Source: Isurus oxyrinchus (lineage: Eukaryota). From it: a stretch of DNA of 64,000 bases. The stretch spans positions 32,612,001-32,676,000 of the forward strand of contig JANJGN010000026.1 of NCBI GenBank assembly GCA_026770705.1. Direction: 5' to 3'. Position 1 is the first letter of the stretch. Each line of letters opens with the position of its first letter. The translations under genes and the position numbers were made by a program. A model generated the notes under the pieces. It did no database searches and was not told where the DNA came from. It saw nothing but the letters and a program-made list of their open reading frames with translations. Positions 21,256 through 35,000 of this stretch are shown here, one piece after another.

Positions 21256-23341
21256 GAACTCACTGCAGAGTTACCGACAAAGGCAGTGAAAAGTGGAACT
21301 ATCTCTTATTATTCCTGATAACTCTAACACTTCACAGCAGGTGTGTCCTTCCGAATAAAACCCCCATTCTCCTGCTGATGGCACTAATCAAGTTATTGTC
21401 CTTTGTGAAATGATGGTGGTGTCGTTAGTGGAGGGTCAAACACATTTTTCTTTCCCTCTCATTTCCTACATGGTTCAAATGTGAATGTTAAATACCCGCC
21501 AGTTTGATCTTTCCTGTTGTTCTGAGTCATGGAGATTTTGTCACTCAACCGCTGTCCTCAGGAGGATCAGAGGTATAGCAGCAAACTGAAAGTTCTGGGA
21601 GGGCCTTTGATAGGTGGTGTTATCCTATGTAGTGTCCGCCTGCGAGAAATTGTGCTGTCTGCACTTGCTGTCTCAATGATCCCCCCTTCTTTCTGTGAAA
21701 TAAACTATCCCAAGGAGACAGTTTCCAGCCCTCCTGCCCCGCTGCTGAAGGACATGTCATTTTTTCAATCAACGTCCTATCCGAGTGCCTGACTGCAACA
21801 ACACTTAGATCAGTATCAGAATGTTCATGTGTTGAAAACATATCCCGCAAGTTTACTGTAAACTGAATTGTTGAGTCGAATTGGGCGTGGGGGCAGGAGT
21901 TCAATTGTGAATTTGTGAAATAAATTCCCAGCTGGAATGGAAGACGTCGAGACTTCTACAGAGTTCAAGGAAATATTTGGGGCATCGTGGGGGAAGGTTC
22001 AGAACATCTGCGAATGATTGATGTTAAATTGGCCGCATGGTCTCCAACTTACCGAATGATCGAATGAACTGGTGCACGGCAGGAACTGCATAGTGTCTGA
22101 AGTAAAAATATAAAACTCTGGAGAAGTTCAGCAGGTTTGCAGCTTTGGAGAGTCAGAAACAGATTTTAGTCGATGATATTCATCATAACTGGAAAAAACT
22201 GTAGATGTAACAGGTTGTAAATAATTACGGAGGTAGGCATAGGCGGCATTACATACAGAAGAAAATGGTAGATCAGTGAAATGGTGGCTGGCAGGATAGG
22301 TTAAAAGTTACAGGCGAAGTGGCCCAAGGGAAAAATGTAATGGGGCAAGTAAAGAAACGAAATGTAGCTCTGGCGGAGGTGTACTTAAGGAAAGCAGATT
22401 CATCCCTTCGAGTTTCCATCCAAAATGCAAAGAGAAAACATAGAAAGAAGAGCAAAGTGCTGTAGAAAAATTGTTAAATGCAATCTTGAATCCGGAAGGT
22501 TAACAAGTGCTGGAAAGCTGCACCTTGTAGTTCCAATCACCGCCACCAGTGGGCAGTGGGAGACTGTTGTGATCAGTGTTGGGGAGAATTCCAGACTGAG
22601 AACAATATTCGGTAACTTTATTGAAGAAAATGTAATTGAAGGAACACATGTGGAAACAAAAATTATTTTAATATTCATAGCATGTTTTATATTGTTTAAC
22701 GTAATTCATTATAATGAGCTGTCAATGTTGCTATTACTGTTGGCATGTTATTAATACTTGAAGAAAAAAGTTCGCGCTGCATCCAAGTGGGGAAGCACAC
22801 GGGTTCACAATATGAAAGGAGACTGTTGAGCAAATCTTTCTGTTGTCACACTGAGAATGATCGCAATCTGGAATAAAGCTTCAGTCAGAATGCGGAAGGA
22901 CAATGCACTCGAATCGTTGGATGCTGCAGTTGAAGGCGAGATGTAGGTCTCCCCCGAAAAGAAACCTATTGTAAGAGGGAGAGAATAGCTGTTCTAATTT
23001 GTCTATCTAACTATATTGTGCACTGTAGCTTGGCGGGAACTCACGTACTTACCGGTACATGCCATCAGAGAGCAGTGTGAACCAATGAGAAACTTGAATG
23101 TGGGCGGACCGGAGCGAGATCACAAACAGTGTGAGCTGGTGTCAGTGTGACACGCTGAGTGTGGGCGGGTAAATCCCAAGACTAAGCTTCTTATGTTAGT
23201 TCGACAATAAGGCGCCTCTGAGTTGGACCTGAAGCCCGTGTGTAGCTTCTTGTTAATTCTGCTGAATATAATATCCATCTTCTGCTTCTAACCTGACCTC
23301 CCTGGGCAATCGTTTCAGCCGCTTTTTCACGTGATCTTATA

Positions 23342-23674
23342 ATGATCAGAATTTACATAATCTGTTTGCTGTTTTTCACTCTGATCTACAAGGAGGTGGC
23401 CGGTAAGGATGAGCTGGTGCAGCTCCCTGGGCAGGTGGTCTTTAGGGAAGCGGAAATCGTAACCATGAACTGCACTTGCACCACAGCGTTTAACCTCGTG
23501 TTTTGGTACAGACAGCTCCCGAATCAGCTACCCCAGTATCTGGCAATGGCCACAAGAGGAACCGGTCAACAGGGGAGGATCACGGCTTCAATCGGTGAAG
23601 GCAGCAAACTCAGTATCCTGACTGTGAGCGATGCCCAAGCTACAGACACTGCCACCTATCTCTGCGCTGTGGGC
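23342..23674 (+). CDS. TCR V-alpha-like segment, family D, intact, single-exon leader+V
   Basis: Continuous ORF MIRIYIICLLFFTLIYKEVAG-KDELVQLP..MNC..VFWYRQLP..GRITAS..DTATYLCAVG. Confidence 0.92.
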
Positions 23675-23713
23675 CACAGTGTAAAAAACATATGTGGCGC
23701 TCGTACAGAAACC
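23675..23713 (+). other. 23-RSS: CACAGTG-23-ACAGAAACC
   Basis: Consensus heptamer; spacer 23682-23704. Confidence 0.95.
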
Positions 23714-24459
23714 TGCACCGAGTGCGAGAGCCGCTTTACTGTTTTTGGACCATTAGCATTGCGAGTGGCGCCGTTATAAAATGATCCGTAGGTAGGAGAT
23801 ATGAGTGCCAAAATAAAGAAAACATAGGAGAGAAAGATTGAAAGAGAGTCAGAAATAAACAGAGCTGCAAACATAGACGAAGAAAAAGGAAGAGTAAAGA
23901 CGTAAGACAGAATATGTAGCGCAAAAGAACGAGAGAAAAAGTGCAGTAATAATACTTGAACAGGACATATATTCAGGAAACTACTGAAAGAGACAGCAGA
24001 AAGAGATAGGAGGAAAAGAGAGAGAAAGGAGGTGAAGAAAACGGATTTAACCATTGAGGACAGACGTGCACTGAGCTGATTCACCGGGGCAACCCCACTC
24101 AAGGGCATTGACCAGATCTTCTTTTCATTCAATTAGTTGCATTGTTCAGTTGAATAAATTTTATTAAGCTATACGTTTCATTTTCTCTGGTTTATCTGTT
24201 TTTACTTCTAATTAACCCCTTCTGTTCAGTTTGTCGTTGTTCACTTCCCTCCAGCTCCGCGATTCACTTTGCGATCGGTAGATTGCCCCATTATCGTGAC
24301 CCCGGTCTCAGGTTCTGTAATATGTTGTCGCTCAGGTTCAATGGAGGTTGGGTTTCAGTACCCTCTTCCTTGGAGATTATCTCAACATAGCTCCCTGATT
24401 TTAGTGACAGAAATAGTTGATTAGAAACGGGAAGGAGAGTTTAATTGGCAGATTTATCT

Positions 24460-24570
24460 TTGGCGTCGCTCCGATTGGATTCTGAAGTTTGTTCCTCTCG
24501 GCCGCTCCTGGAAACTGTTGGTGACAACCTTATTCAAGGTTTATTTGGTTTCCTCTCGCATCTTGTTTGA
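24460..24570 (+). repeat. Partial family F relic
   Basis: ggattctgaagtttgttcctctcggccgctcctggaaactgttggtgaca matches the other F copies. Confidence 0.6.
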
Positions 24571-24697
24571 AATGCTTCATTGGTGCGATTGCGCACACCC
24601 GTCAACAGATAGGAGCTCAGACACACAGTCCAAAGCAGGTTTTTTGTGCAGGTGTGGAATTGCTTTCCACAGCTCTGTGTCCCAGGGAGCGCAGTGA

Positions 24698-25125
24698 TGC
24701 ACCGCAGGCATCATTACTAAAGGGTAAATCTGGACTAAACAAGTTTTATTTTACCTCTAATTTCCAAAGTATGGATTGAATCTGAATTTTAAAGATCCGT
24801 GAGTCAATATTTTTTTTTCCCGATGGGCCCTGTTTTTCAAATATGATTCACAGGGATTATATTACTCAGTCGCTCTCCTCAGATGCCAAGGCAGAAGGAG
24901 CTACGCTGAATTTAAGCCACATCTATGATACTGCTTGGAGCAGAAATAATTTATACCGTTACCGGCAACACTCAGACACGCAGCCCGAGTTTCGAATGTG
25001 GAAATATTCTCTTGGTAATTTAGATGAAGCAGAGTTTGACGAAGTCGTTTCTCTACAGATCTACAGACCTCAACTACGTTCATCAGTTGAAATATTTCAA
25101 GGCTTCAGCTGCCTGACGCAGCCCA
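24698..25125 (+). pseudogene. V relic, family G, 3'-truncated
   Basis: DYITQSLSSDAKAEGATLNLSHIYDT..LYRYRQHSDTQPEF..; Cys and Trp lost, no RSS. Confidence 0.75.
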
Positions 25126-28100
25126 GATGCTGAGTCGCCACATTGCCACTGTCCGCTCTGTAAAAGGGGAGTTGGATATTTGAAGGCGCCCTTTTCCATC
25201 TTCACTCTCAATGATCTGCTGCCGTGTCTCATGATGCTCTCACCTCACTTTCCTCTATCTTCGGTGGTGTCCTGAGTCCGGTAAGTGGTGATCTGGCTGT
25301 CAGTTAGTGGAAACACCTCGAATTCGGCTATAGTCAGTGCAGAAGGGTGCACCCTCCGATCCCGCAAAGTGGAAGAGGTGAAGTTGCACTCTCCAATTAC
25401 AAAGAGACCAGAGACTCTCAGACTTCTTTTAACCGGTTTTATTCAAGCATATGCAAGGCAGCTGCAATCATTTCTAAGAATGAAGACCCAGTTCCCAGAT
25501 TGATTACTTTTCATTACTTATGTACTTTTTCTTATCATAATACATTTGAATCCATCCAATCGGTAACCGACACACCGGTCTCATGATAACCCCATCTGAT
25601 TGAGTAAATAAACATGTGATTTTGCTAACCAATTATTCTAAAGGAGATATACATAATTATGTTATCCAATCAAAATTAAAACTTGTACAACAAAGACCTT
25701 GGTTTTCACAGCTCAAGACTGTTTGCGTTTCATCAAAGCCCCCTCTTTGTCCATTGTATGTCTTCCCATATCTAAGTTAAAACCATCTGCCCCTTCCCTA
25801 TGTGAAAGGGGAGTACACTTAATCTATTTTATGCCCTGCTTGTGTCTTCAGCCTGATTCTCAAGTCTGTGCAATATTCATCTGTTAATCGTCAACTCTTA
25901 ATATGCTTAGCAGCCATGTCTACTTGAGGATTTTAAGTTTTCTTCAGTAAATTCTTACAGTGTTCTCTTTTAGCACGTTTAATTTCTCCCTAAGAGTCAC
26001 TTTTTTCATAGGCGTGATGGTGTCGTTGTTAAAAACTTTGGGATCATGTGTGTAAGGGTGGGGTGGGGTAGCAGAATGGTGGGAGGGGACAGAATTCATT
26101 GATTGGTTCTTGTGATTATTAATGATTTTGGTTTATTCCAGCGTTAATTCTTCCTCATACATTTAGCAGCTTCACCAACAGGATGCTGCTAACTGTGACT
26201 CCAGTGACCTTTTCCTGACAGATCAGGGAACCAGTGGTTGAAGTTTGATTCTGTAATTCTTCGGAGTTATTTATGGGGTCTTCATATTAGAACAATGATA
26301 CCTGTTGTTACTGAACAAACAATTTTACAGACTGAAAGAATTAGCTCACGCTTTAATTTTAACTTTCACCTAAGTTCCACAATGAACTACCTTTTTGACA
26401 ACTGCCCTTATAGTGTCTTAACTGAAATATCCATGAAATATTACCCAAGTTAAGAAATTGCCTTCGACTGCAAATAGAAGTACAATCTACAGCTTCCCAG
26501 AAACAAAACGTGTTGATGTGGTTTTGAAAAAGCAGATTCTAACAAACTGTTTCACAGGACCAATGTTCTCCAGGCCTCAGGCTGCTACTTTCTACAATTA
26601 AAAACCTTTCACATGCAAAACAAAGGAGCTGGTCTCCAGTGAGACATCCCCGCCCCCGCCGCCCTCCTCCTCTCGCCCCCAGCAATTCACTGCAGCTTAA
26701 AGGCTGCTTTCCTAAATACTTTTTTTCTTTTTCATGTTCCCCATTGTCTTCACAAACCCCTTTAACCTTGGGTTTCCCAAATATTAAAACCTTTCATGTT
26801 CCTATGTTACCTTTATTTCGCATCTCACGAATCTCCGGTAAGATGAAAATGTTCTTTGAACCTCTTTTGAAATGCACTAGCTGCACATGAATTTTAACAC
26901 AACACCAAATGTATACTTCAAATCTACTTTGTTTACTTGTAAATTAAAACCCACCACAAGACCTCAATTCAAATGCAAAGAGATAACACATTTACTCTTT
27001 CACCCCTTAGACTCCACAAAGAATTTGACTCCAGGAACCTCTGCATTGATTAACCCTGAACATACACAGGCACAGCTTTCCTTACCTACACAGGGTATAT
27101 TCATAAACACACAAAAATAAAAAGATGCACATATAATCACACCTCTCATTGGTTTAATGTGGCAGGAGGGAGAATAGCTCTAGACTGGTTTCATAGCCTC
27201 CAGGGTAAGATGTAGAGCGGGTTCTCGTTGACATGAACTCGATAGCAGCAGAAGATGAATATCTCTACAACTCTCACTCAGATTACAAAAGCACATGGAG
27301 CAAAGAAATAAACAAATCACAAGATTTTTAGATTTAGCTTTTCCCCTTTATCATCGATCCCCTCTAACTGTACAGTTCATTGCTTCAGAAAACTGATCTC
27401 ACCTCGGCTCTTTATTCCTCCCTCCATTTTCCATATCTTCCACTCACCTGTCCCACTCATTGCTTAGCATCTGAAGCCTATCCTTCAATATGTGGGTTTA
27501 CTTTGTGATCCTATTGTCCAATGGACCCTCACATACCATTAAAGTATTCTGATATGAATTATTAAATTGCTATTTATTACAAAATGAGTCAGATTTTGGA
27601 GATACAGCAGTTAACCCGCTGCCTTGGCCTGATGAAAGGAACGTTGTGGCATTACGCCCCCTGGTGGGCATTCTATGAAGTGTTCAGATGCCCCTGAGAG
27701 GCTGTGAGAGATCCAATGTTCATTCAATAACCCGATATGAGATTTCTGGTTCAAAGGAAGCTCGGTTGGAGCAGTTTTGAATTCACATGCCGAGCAGAAA
27801 CAATGGTTTATATAGTTAAACTATATACTGGAAAAAGGAAAGTTCAACAATTATGGGTAAAAGTGGAGACAGGCAATGATAAGGCACAGGGCCAAAAAGG
27901 AAATCATCAGACAAAGGGTGAGTTCAGGCTGCATTGGTGCATTTGTGGAGTTTGTATTTTATTACATATATAACTTAAAATTACAAACGAATATATTTTT
28001 GCCAGTGGACCTCATGTGTTCTTTTTGAGTGCCTTACTTCATTACACTTTTTAAAACCTCTTTGTGACTCTCCCTGAATTATTGCTTCCGTTTATTGCTG

Positions 28101-28184
28101 CGAGAATGGCCTCTCTTGAGCAGTAACTGGAATATTCAACGTCTTTTTGTTTGGGATCCGCTGTATCCCTGAAAGTGCGTCGTG

Positions 28185-28650
28185 CTCATGGTACAGAAAA
28201 ACAAGACGGGGTCGGAGATCAGGACATTGATGATCGTTGACTCGTTGGTATTAGCAGTTTTACTGAACATGCAGGAGAATCGATCAGCAATTTAAAGGTT
28301 CTTGTTGACTGTCTGTCCGATGATCTGGAACACCCACTGTGACCTGAATCGGTAGTGCTGACTGTAACAGAAAACTGAAGGGTTAGAATCACTTGTTTCC
28401 GAGATGCAGCTCACTGTGACATTAATCTCCTTTTCAAGCATCATTTCTGGAACTAACTTTTCCACTGAGTTTTGTTCCCTCTTTTCTAACATAAAATAAA
28501 GCAACGCTCATTACCGTCATCATTACCATTGTCACAGTTTTATTTTTTAGCAGAATTAATAGCTAAACTACGGCAGTCAGGGGGATAATTGATTTTATTA
28601 GGAAGGAAGTACGTACTCAGCAGTGATTTAATGATGAGGAAATGGCCATG
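28185..28650 (-). pseudogene. TCR V segment, family B (pseudogene)
   Basis: VTVSCISETSDSNPSVFCYSQ..DRFS..LISD; stop codon, Trp lost; decayed RSS ~28142-28185. Confidence 0.8.
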
Positions 28651-29799
28651 CGAGCTGCTGTTTGAGTTTGTAACCCCGCATTCATTTAATTCTCTGTCGG
28701 ATCAGAAATGCAGATTTCCATCCCAGTGCACTGCTGATCCAAACAAATGCCAAACAGGGAGTAACGGCAGCATTCTGCCCAAAAAAAAAACAGAGCAAGC
28801 AAGGCAGTCAATGTAAAGCAGAAGGCGAAAGCTGCGGGCGAGGCTGAGGCAGTGCTTGTTATTGCAGTGTTATTGCAGAATCCATTTGTCATGCTCTGAA
28901 TTCAATAGTAACGTACCCATCAGAAATTCTGTAACTTTGCATCCCTATAAGGTCTGCCGTCGCTTCATATTCATTGCAAATTCGAAGTCAAAAGGCTCGC
29001 GGATGGAAACGCAGAATGATTATGTTGTTCAATATTTACTAAAATCTTCATCATTGACACTGGTGTAAAAGAACACTGAGACTGAAATTGGCGATGACAA
29101 ATAGAGCAAATCGGCAATAGATTCCTATTTTCTGGTTGATGCACACACTTAAACTTAACTATCTTATGAAATTGTGGAAGTGTAACGGAAAATATCACAT
29201 TAAAAACTATAAATCTGGCATAAAACGATTTTAGATTAATTTGTATTCAGAAAATCGATATTAGCCGATGCAACGTAGACGGGTGAAAATCACGATCTGT
29301 GTACACTACCTGCTGGGTGGGGTTAAAGCATCCGCATTTACTGATCTCACAGGGCACGGATACTGGACGAAAATTCCCCAGTGCCTTCTCCCCGTGGGTC
29401 ATAGGACACATAGGTAAACTGCGCGATTATTGAACTGCACCTCAGTCAGTGTAAAATCATTTAATTTTCAGAACGATTCAATAATTGACAGAGATCGGCC
29501 ATTAGAACAACCCTTTCCATAGGAGTGTTTTCTAATTATGAAAGTTGACGCCTTGCTGTGGGTCTGACCATAACGTTCAATGTATAACAGCTTGATCCAG
29601 CGGTTCAACAGTTATAATTAATTTTCGTTGAGGTCCTTTCCAGATATTGGGTTGCTGATGGCCACTGCTTGGTGGAGTCTCCAAAAGTCAATCCTACAGA
29701 AAGGATTTCTGGTTACTCGTGCAAAGAGCATGAAGAACAGATCATTGGCATGTTTCCGTAATAATATGTTGGTTTATTTAACAGTGTATACACAGGGAG

Positions 29800-30090
29800 A
29801 CAAAGAGGAAGAGAGAGAAAGGCTTGAATAACGGCTGGACATTCATAGGTAGACAGGTTGATAAACAAATGTAGAGATACAGATGGTGAAACAGAGAGAA
29901 AGACAAAAACAGGGAAAGAGAGAGGGAGAGAGAAACAGCGAGAGAGACAGATAGATAGAGAATGATGGAAGGAGATCGAGGGAGAGTAGGAGAGAGAGAG
30001 CTAGAGAATAGAAAGGGAGGGGCGTAGTTGTGTGTGACGGAGAGAGAGAGAGAGAAAGGCAGAGAGGCAAAAAGGCAGCCAACTAGACAG
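29800..30090. repeat. (GA)-rich low-complexity tract
   Basis: Purine-rich simple sequence. Confidence 0.8.
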
Positions 30091-30309
30091 ACCCAGACAT
30101 TATTCATTAGAAGATTGTTGTAGTAAGAGTGAAATGGACAGGCAGACACCTATATAGTAAGATTTAAACCAAACAGATAGTACCGCACGAAGGACAAACA
30201 TAGCAGGAACTCGAAACTCCATTTTGGCCGCTTTTAACCCGTTTATGCCTGAGTGTGAATATTGTGTCTACATCTATTTATCTATCTGTATTTGTGGTGG
30301 GGGGCATTT

Positions 30310-31170
30310 GAGTGGGAATTAGGGGGGTCCTTCTCAGGATGGCGGCTGGTGACTAGTGAAGTTCCGCAGGGGTCAGTGTTGGGACAACAGCTTTTCACGT
30401 TATACATTAATGATACAGATGAAGGAACTGAGGGCATCCTGGCTAAGTTTGTAGATGACGCAAAGATAGGTGGAGGGACAGGTAGCATTGAGGAGGCATG
30501 GAGGCTGCAGAAGAATTTGGACAGGTTAGGAGAATGGGCAAAGAAGTGGCAGATGGAATAAAATGTGAGGAAATGTGAGGTCATGAACTTTGGTAGGAAG
30601 AATGGAGACATGGACTATTTTCTAAATGGGGAGAGAATTCAGAAATCTGGAGTGCAAACGGACTTGGGAATCCTAGTCCAGGATTCTCTTAAGGTTAACT
30701 TGCAGGTTGACGTGGTAGTTAGGAAGGCAAATGCAATGTTGGCATTTATTCCGAGAGGACCAGAATATAAAAGCAGGAATGTGCTGCTGAGGCTTTAAAA
30801 GGCCCTGGTCAGACCACATTTAGAATATTGTGAGCAATTTTGGGCCCCGTATCTCAGGAAGGATGTGCTGGCACTGGAGAGGGTCCAGGGTAGGTTCACG
30901 AGAACGATCCCAGGAATGAAAGGCTTAACATATGAGGAACGTTTGAGGACTCTGGCTCTATACTTGATGGAGTTTAGAAGGGTGAGAGGGGATCTGATTG
31001 AAACTTACAGAATACTGAAAGGCCTGGATAGAGTGGATGTGGGGAAGATATTTCCATTAGTAGGGGAGACTAGGACCTGAGGGCACAACCTCAAAGTAAA
31101 GAGAAGACCTTTCAGAACAGATATGAAGCGAAACTTCTTTAGCCAGAAAGTGCTGAATCTATGTAATTCA
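30310..31170 (+). mobile_element. CR1 LINE RT 3' fragment
   Basis: VTSEVPQGSVLG..YIND..KFVDDAK..WAKKWQME; LVRPHLEYC; RRVRGDLIE. Confidence 0.92.
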
Positions 31171-31174
31171 TTGC

Positions 31175-31555
31175 AAAATGGTCGCCCAGTTTGAATTTGG
31201 TCTCTCCAATGTAGAGGAGACCGCATGGGGAGCAACGAATGCAGCAGAGCAAATTGAAGGAGGTGCAAATGAAGCGCTGCTTCGCCCGAAAGGAGTCTTT
31301 GGGCCCGTGGGCGGTGAGGAAGGACGAGGTAATGGGGCAGGTGTTGCACCTTCTGCGATTGCCAACTCCAGCACGATGCCACCACCAAACACACCAACCC
31401 TTCACCAACCCTGTCGGCATTCTGTGGGGACTGTTTCCTCGACGACAGCCTGGTCCACTCCTCCATCACCCCTAACACTTCATCAATCTCCCAAGGCACC
31501 TTCCTGTGCAATCGCAGAAGGTGTATCACCTGCCCCTTTACCTCCTCCCTCCTCA
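31175..31555. mobile_element. Penelope-like GIY-YIG fragments in opposite orientations
   Basis: CIRCSPCGLLYIGETK on minus (31175-31375); LVHSSITP..FLCNRRRC on plus. Confidence 0.8.
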
Positions 31556-32081
31556 CAAAAATTATGCTGTTTAACTTTAATGAAAGGCCACTGACGGTGA
31601 AGGAAGAAGATTCAATATAATGTTACGTCTGAGATGATGTAGGCCATGTGTTCAAACTGCTGGGAAGGTTTCGGTTTATTTTCCGGAGATGCGTGTGCTG
31701 TCATGATTGGATTTATTGCCTAACTTTATTTGCCTTTATGTAACTGAGCACCTTGCTGGGCCATATGACCAGAATGTTAAGAAAAACGACTTTCGTGTAG
31801 TACTGACGCTCCTCTCTTGGGCCAACTGGGTACTGATAACATCTGCGGACCCACCAGCAACGACAACATCTGAGAATAAATTTACATGTCACGTCCTTTC
31901 GTCCAATCAGATTGGATCTCTCCCTCATATGCTAATTTATCTCAGGAGCGGCTATCGGATGCTCCTGGTTTGTTTAACCCGGCACATACGAGCTGCTCAA
32001 CACAAGTACTCGATCAGCTTCCCGCAAAGGACAATCAGATCAACCTGCAGAGACGCACTGCGGCTGGGATTCACAGAGATC

Positions 32082-32541
32082 ATGCATTTAAAATTCACCC
32101 TTTTAACTACCCTCACCTACTTAGCATTTGGTAAGTCTACATGGGAAGTTATAGTACAAACCATTAAAAACTCCCTGATTCTTAGAAAATTCACAATTCA
32201 CTTGTAATCTATACTTTCAATTAGATCTGCGTCACGAAGATTCTGTGTCCCAGGATTGGGCAGCAGTCGTCCTGAAAATCGGACAGACGTTCAGAACGCA
32301 GTGCAGCTATTCGACAACAGCAACCTGGTATGACCTGTACTGGTACCGAAAGTATCCCGATGATCGCCCGGACATGATTGTGTGGAGAAGTACCAGTGGC
32401 AGTGGAGGGAAAGCGGAAAACATTGGGAATCGCTTCAGATCTGTAATAAACAAATCGTCAAAAATGTCTGTTTTAACAGTCACTGCTCTTCCGCTGAGCG
32501 ACACGGCACTCTACATTTGTGGATTCGCCCGATCAGATCGA
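32082..32541 (+). CDS. TCR alpha/delta V segment, intact (leader 32082-32130, V exon 32225-32541)
   Basis: MHLKFTLLTTLTYLAF|D-LRHEDSVSQ..TQCSYSTTATWYDLYWYRKYP..NRFRSVINKSSKMSVLTV..DTALYICGFARSDR; GTAAGT/TTAG intron. Confidence 0.93.
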
Positions 32542-32580
32542 CACAGTGACACAACCCAATCCTTCTCTCGTACAAAAACT
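32542..32580 (+). other. 23-RSS: CACAGTG-23-ACAAAAACT
   Basis: Near-consensus; spacer 32549-32571. Confidence 0.95.
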
Positions 32581-33359
32581 GACTGCATCTGTTTTCACAG
32601 AGGATGTTTCATTGTGGTCAGGACAAGGTTGCAACAAGACTGCAATTCCCATGAACTGATCAAACCGCCATAGCACTGGCGCCTATCCTGCTCTTTGAAA
32701 GATCTATCCAATTAATTTCAACTGACATACCTTGCCCCACTGCATTGGAATATATATCTTCCTTCAAGAAATTATTCAATTGACTTTTTGATAGTTACTA
32801 TTGAATCTCCTTCTACCACCATTTCCAGCAATGCATTCCATACAACAACTCGTATGTAAAAATATCGACTCATCTCTATCTCGTTTTTTTTTGTCGATCA
32901 CGTCGTATCAGTCTCCTATTATTGAGGACTTTACTTCCAATAGAAGCAATTTTTCCCTACTCTACTCTATCAAAATTTGGAGCAGTAATATTCAATCTGC
33001 TCTCAACTGCCTTTGCTCAAACCAGAATAATCTTAGCCTTTCGAGTCACTCCATATGGCTGAAGTCCAGCATCTTTGGTTCCATTCTAATAAATCTGCTC
33101 TGCATCCATTCGAGTCCTAATATCCTTTCTGAATTGTTATGCATAGGTTTAAGTAGAGTAATCTATCGGATATATCAACATGGATTATATAATCATTTTT
33201 GGGATGTGCACCGCCAGCATTTATTGTCCAATCGTAATTATTTCTGCAAATAATATGCTTTATCCGTAAAATAACTAAGTATTTTCCAAAACATTTCAAA
33301 CTGAAATTGCAATAATCCTTAACTTTTGTCCATGCAGCGTTTTGCACTCTGAGGTGCAT

Positions 33360-35000
33360 CATTATAACTGCATTTACTATATACAGTCAATGACAAGTGT
33401 ACAGCCTGAGGGGTTTTACACAGTTAACCGGCCTTCGGTGCACTATACCTGAAAAGTTCTAGGCAGTGGCCTTTCCCCATTGCACCTTTGCAGCGACTGC
33501 CCCAAGCTTTAGTGGATCTCCCAGCACGTAGTCTTGGACTTTGGTATTTGCCAGTGTGCAATGCTCGGCCGTGATCAATTCTTTGCACTAGGGGACCAGC
33601 AAGTTTCAGGCAGAAAAAAGAACCATTTTAACCGAGTTGAACATCCTTCAGCAGTAGTTGATATCTGTCGCTCTGCGTCCCTGGAAACTTCCCACAGAGC
33701 TTAGAGTCCTGCGTGACAGATCTGTTGGGGTGACTAACTCCACCGCATCCCCTTCTTTGCAAAGCCACATTCTAGAAGGAGTTGTTCCACTGTCTGTACA
33801 CCACCGCAGCTGCTTTTGAGGCAGCGTGCGGTGGCACAGAGATTTAGGGCGTGCATGAAGGATCTGATGGGGAGGGCCTTTCTCACCACCACACAGCCAC
33901 GGCCTTGGTGTTTGATTGAAAGTTCTGGTGCTGAGGTATTTTCGCCAATGACTTTGACAATCTGCTCAAGGATCCATCCGACAAGGCCCAACATCTCCAT
34001 CTACCTCAGGGCCGATAGGATGGAACGTGCTGACCGCTGTCTCATGGATTTGTGGTCAGTGAATGTTTTTTTTGTACAAACCTTTCCCACCAGGGATGGA
34101 TGAATGGACATGGAGCAACTACTTGGAGCGTTCTGAGATACAGTGGCCAGACTCATTCTTTGCAACACTGGGGACAGGTAGTGACTGCATTTAGTGACAC
34201 TTGTTGTTCACTTATTAAGGGTCCACACATGGCTTGATTCAGGCACACGTAAAGGCGGCCATCAGGATGAGGGTGATGTGAGGCACGTTTCCTTGCCTCC
34301 GCCCCACCCCACCTCCACCCCTATTCCAGAGCTTCGCACATGTTGTCCCTGTGGGCACGCTCCATCTTTGACCTCCAGATGAAGCAGAATATGACTTCGT
34401 GGACTGCTGCCATGCAGCATCTAGTTGCAGGGCTTACATTATGTACAGCAACACCGAGGGCATTTCACACCTGATGAGCAGGTTGATACTCGCAATGGAG
34501 AGACAGAGTCGCTCCCCCATGCCCAGTTCCCGCCTCACCTTAGCTATACGTCCTTCCCAGGCTCAGGCGCATGGTCTGGACTCTCACAACCATATCTCCA
34601 GGTAGTCTGACCTGACGATGAAGAGGGCAAAGGGTCTGTCGGCCCAAAAATCATGTACTAGCTCTTGCCACGATTCACCTTAGCTCTGAGGCCAGTTTAA
34701 ACTGGGCACAGGTGTTCATGACTGACAGCGGGTCCGAGTATAAGACAGTGACATTGTCTATATACAGGGAGACGTTGACTTGTCCGCCTCCACTGCCTGA
34801 GATCAAACTGCTTAAACCTCCAACACCCCCCCGTCCGCCCCCACCCCCTCCCCCCCCCTCCACAACCACCCCCCGTCCCGGCCATCCTTCCTGATTGGCT
34901 CAGTTTTATGCAAAATATGAAGAAGGCAGAGGAGAGAGGGCAGCCCTCTCTGATTTGATTCTTGATTTGATCGGAAACCTTTTCAGTTCTCACCTATTGA
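33360..35000 (-). mobile_element. L1/Tx1-clade LINE fragment (RT plus C-terminal zinc-binding region)
   Basis: IREGCPLSS..F, VSLYIDNVTV (YxDD-like) and C..CGGVQTVEQLLLEC. Confidence 0.75.

Noticed and set aside
25390-27140. Possible LTR-element remnants
   Set aside because: No paired LTRs, primer-binding site or coding motifs recognisable by eye
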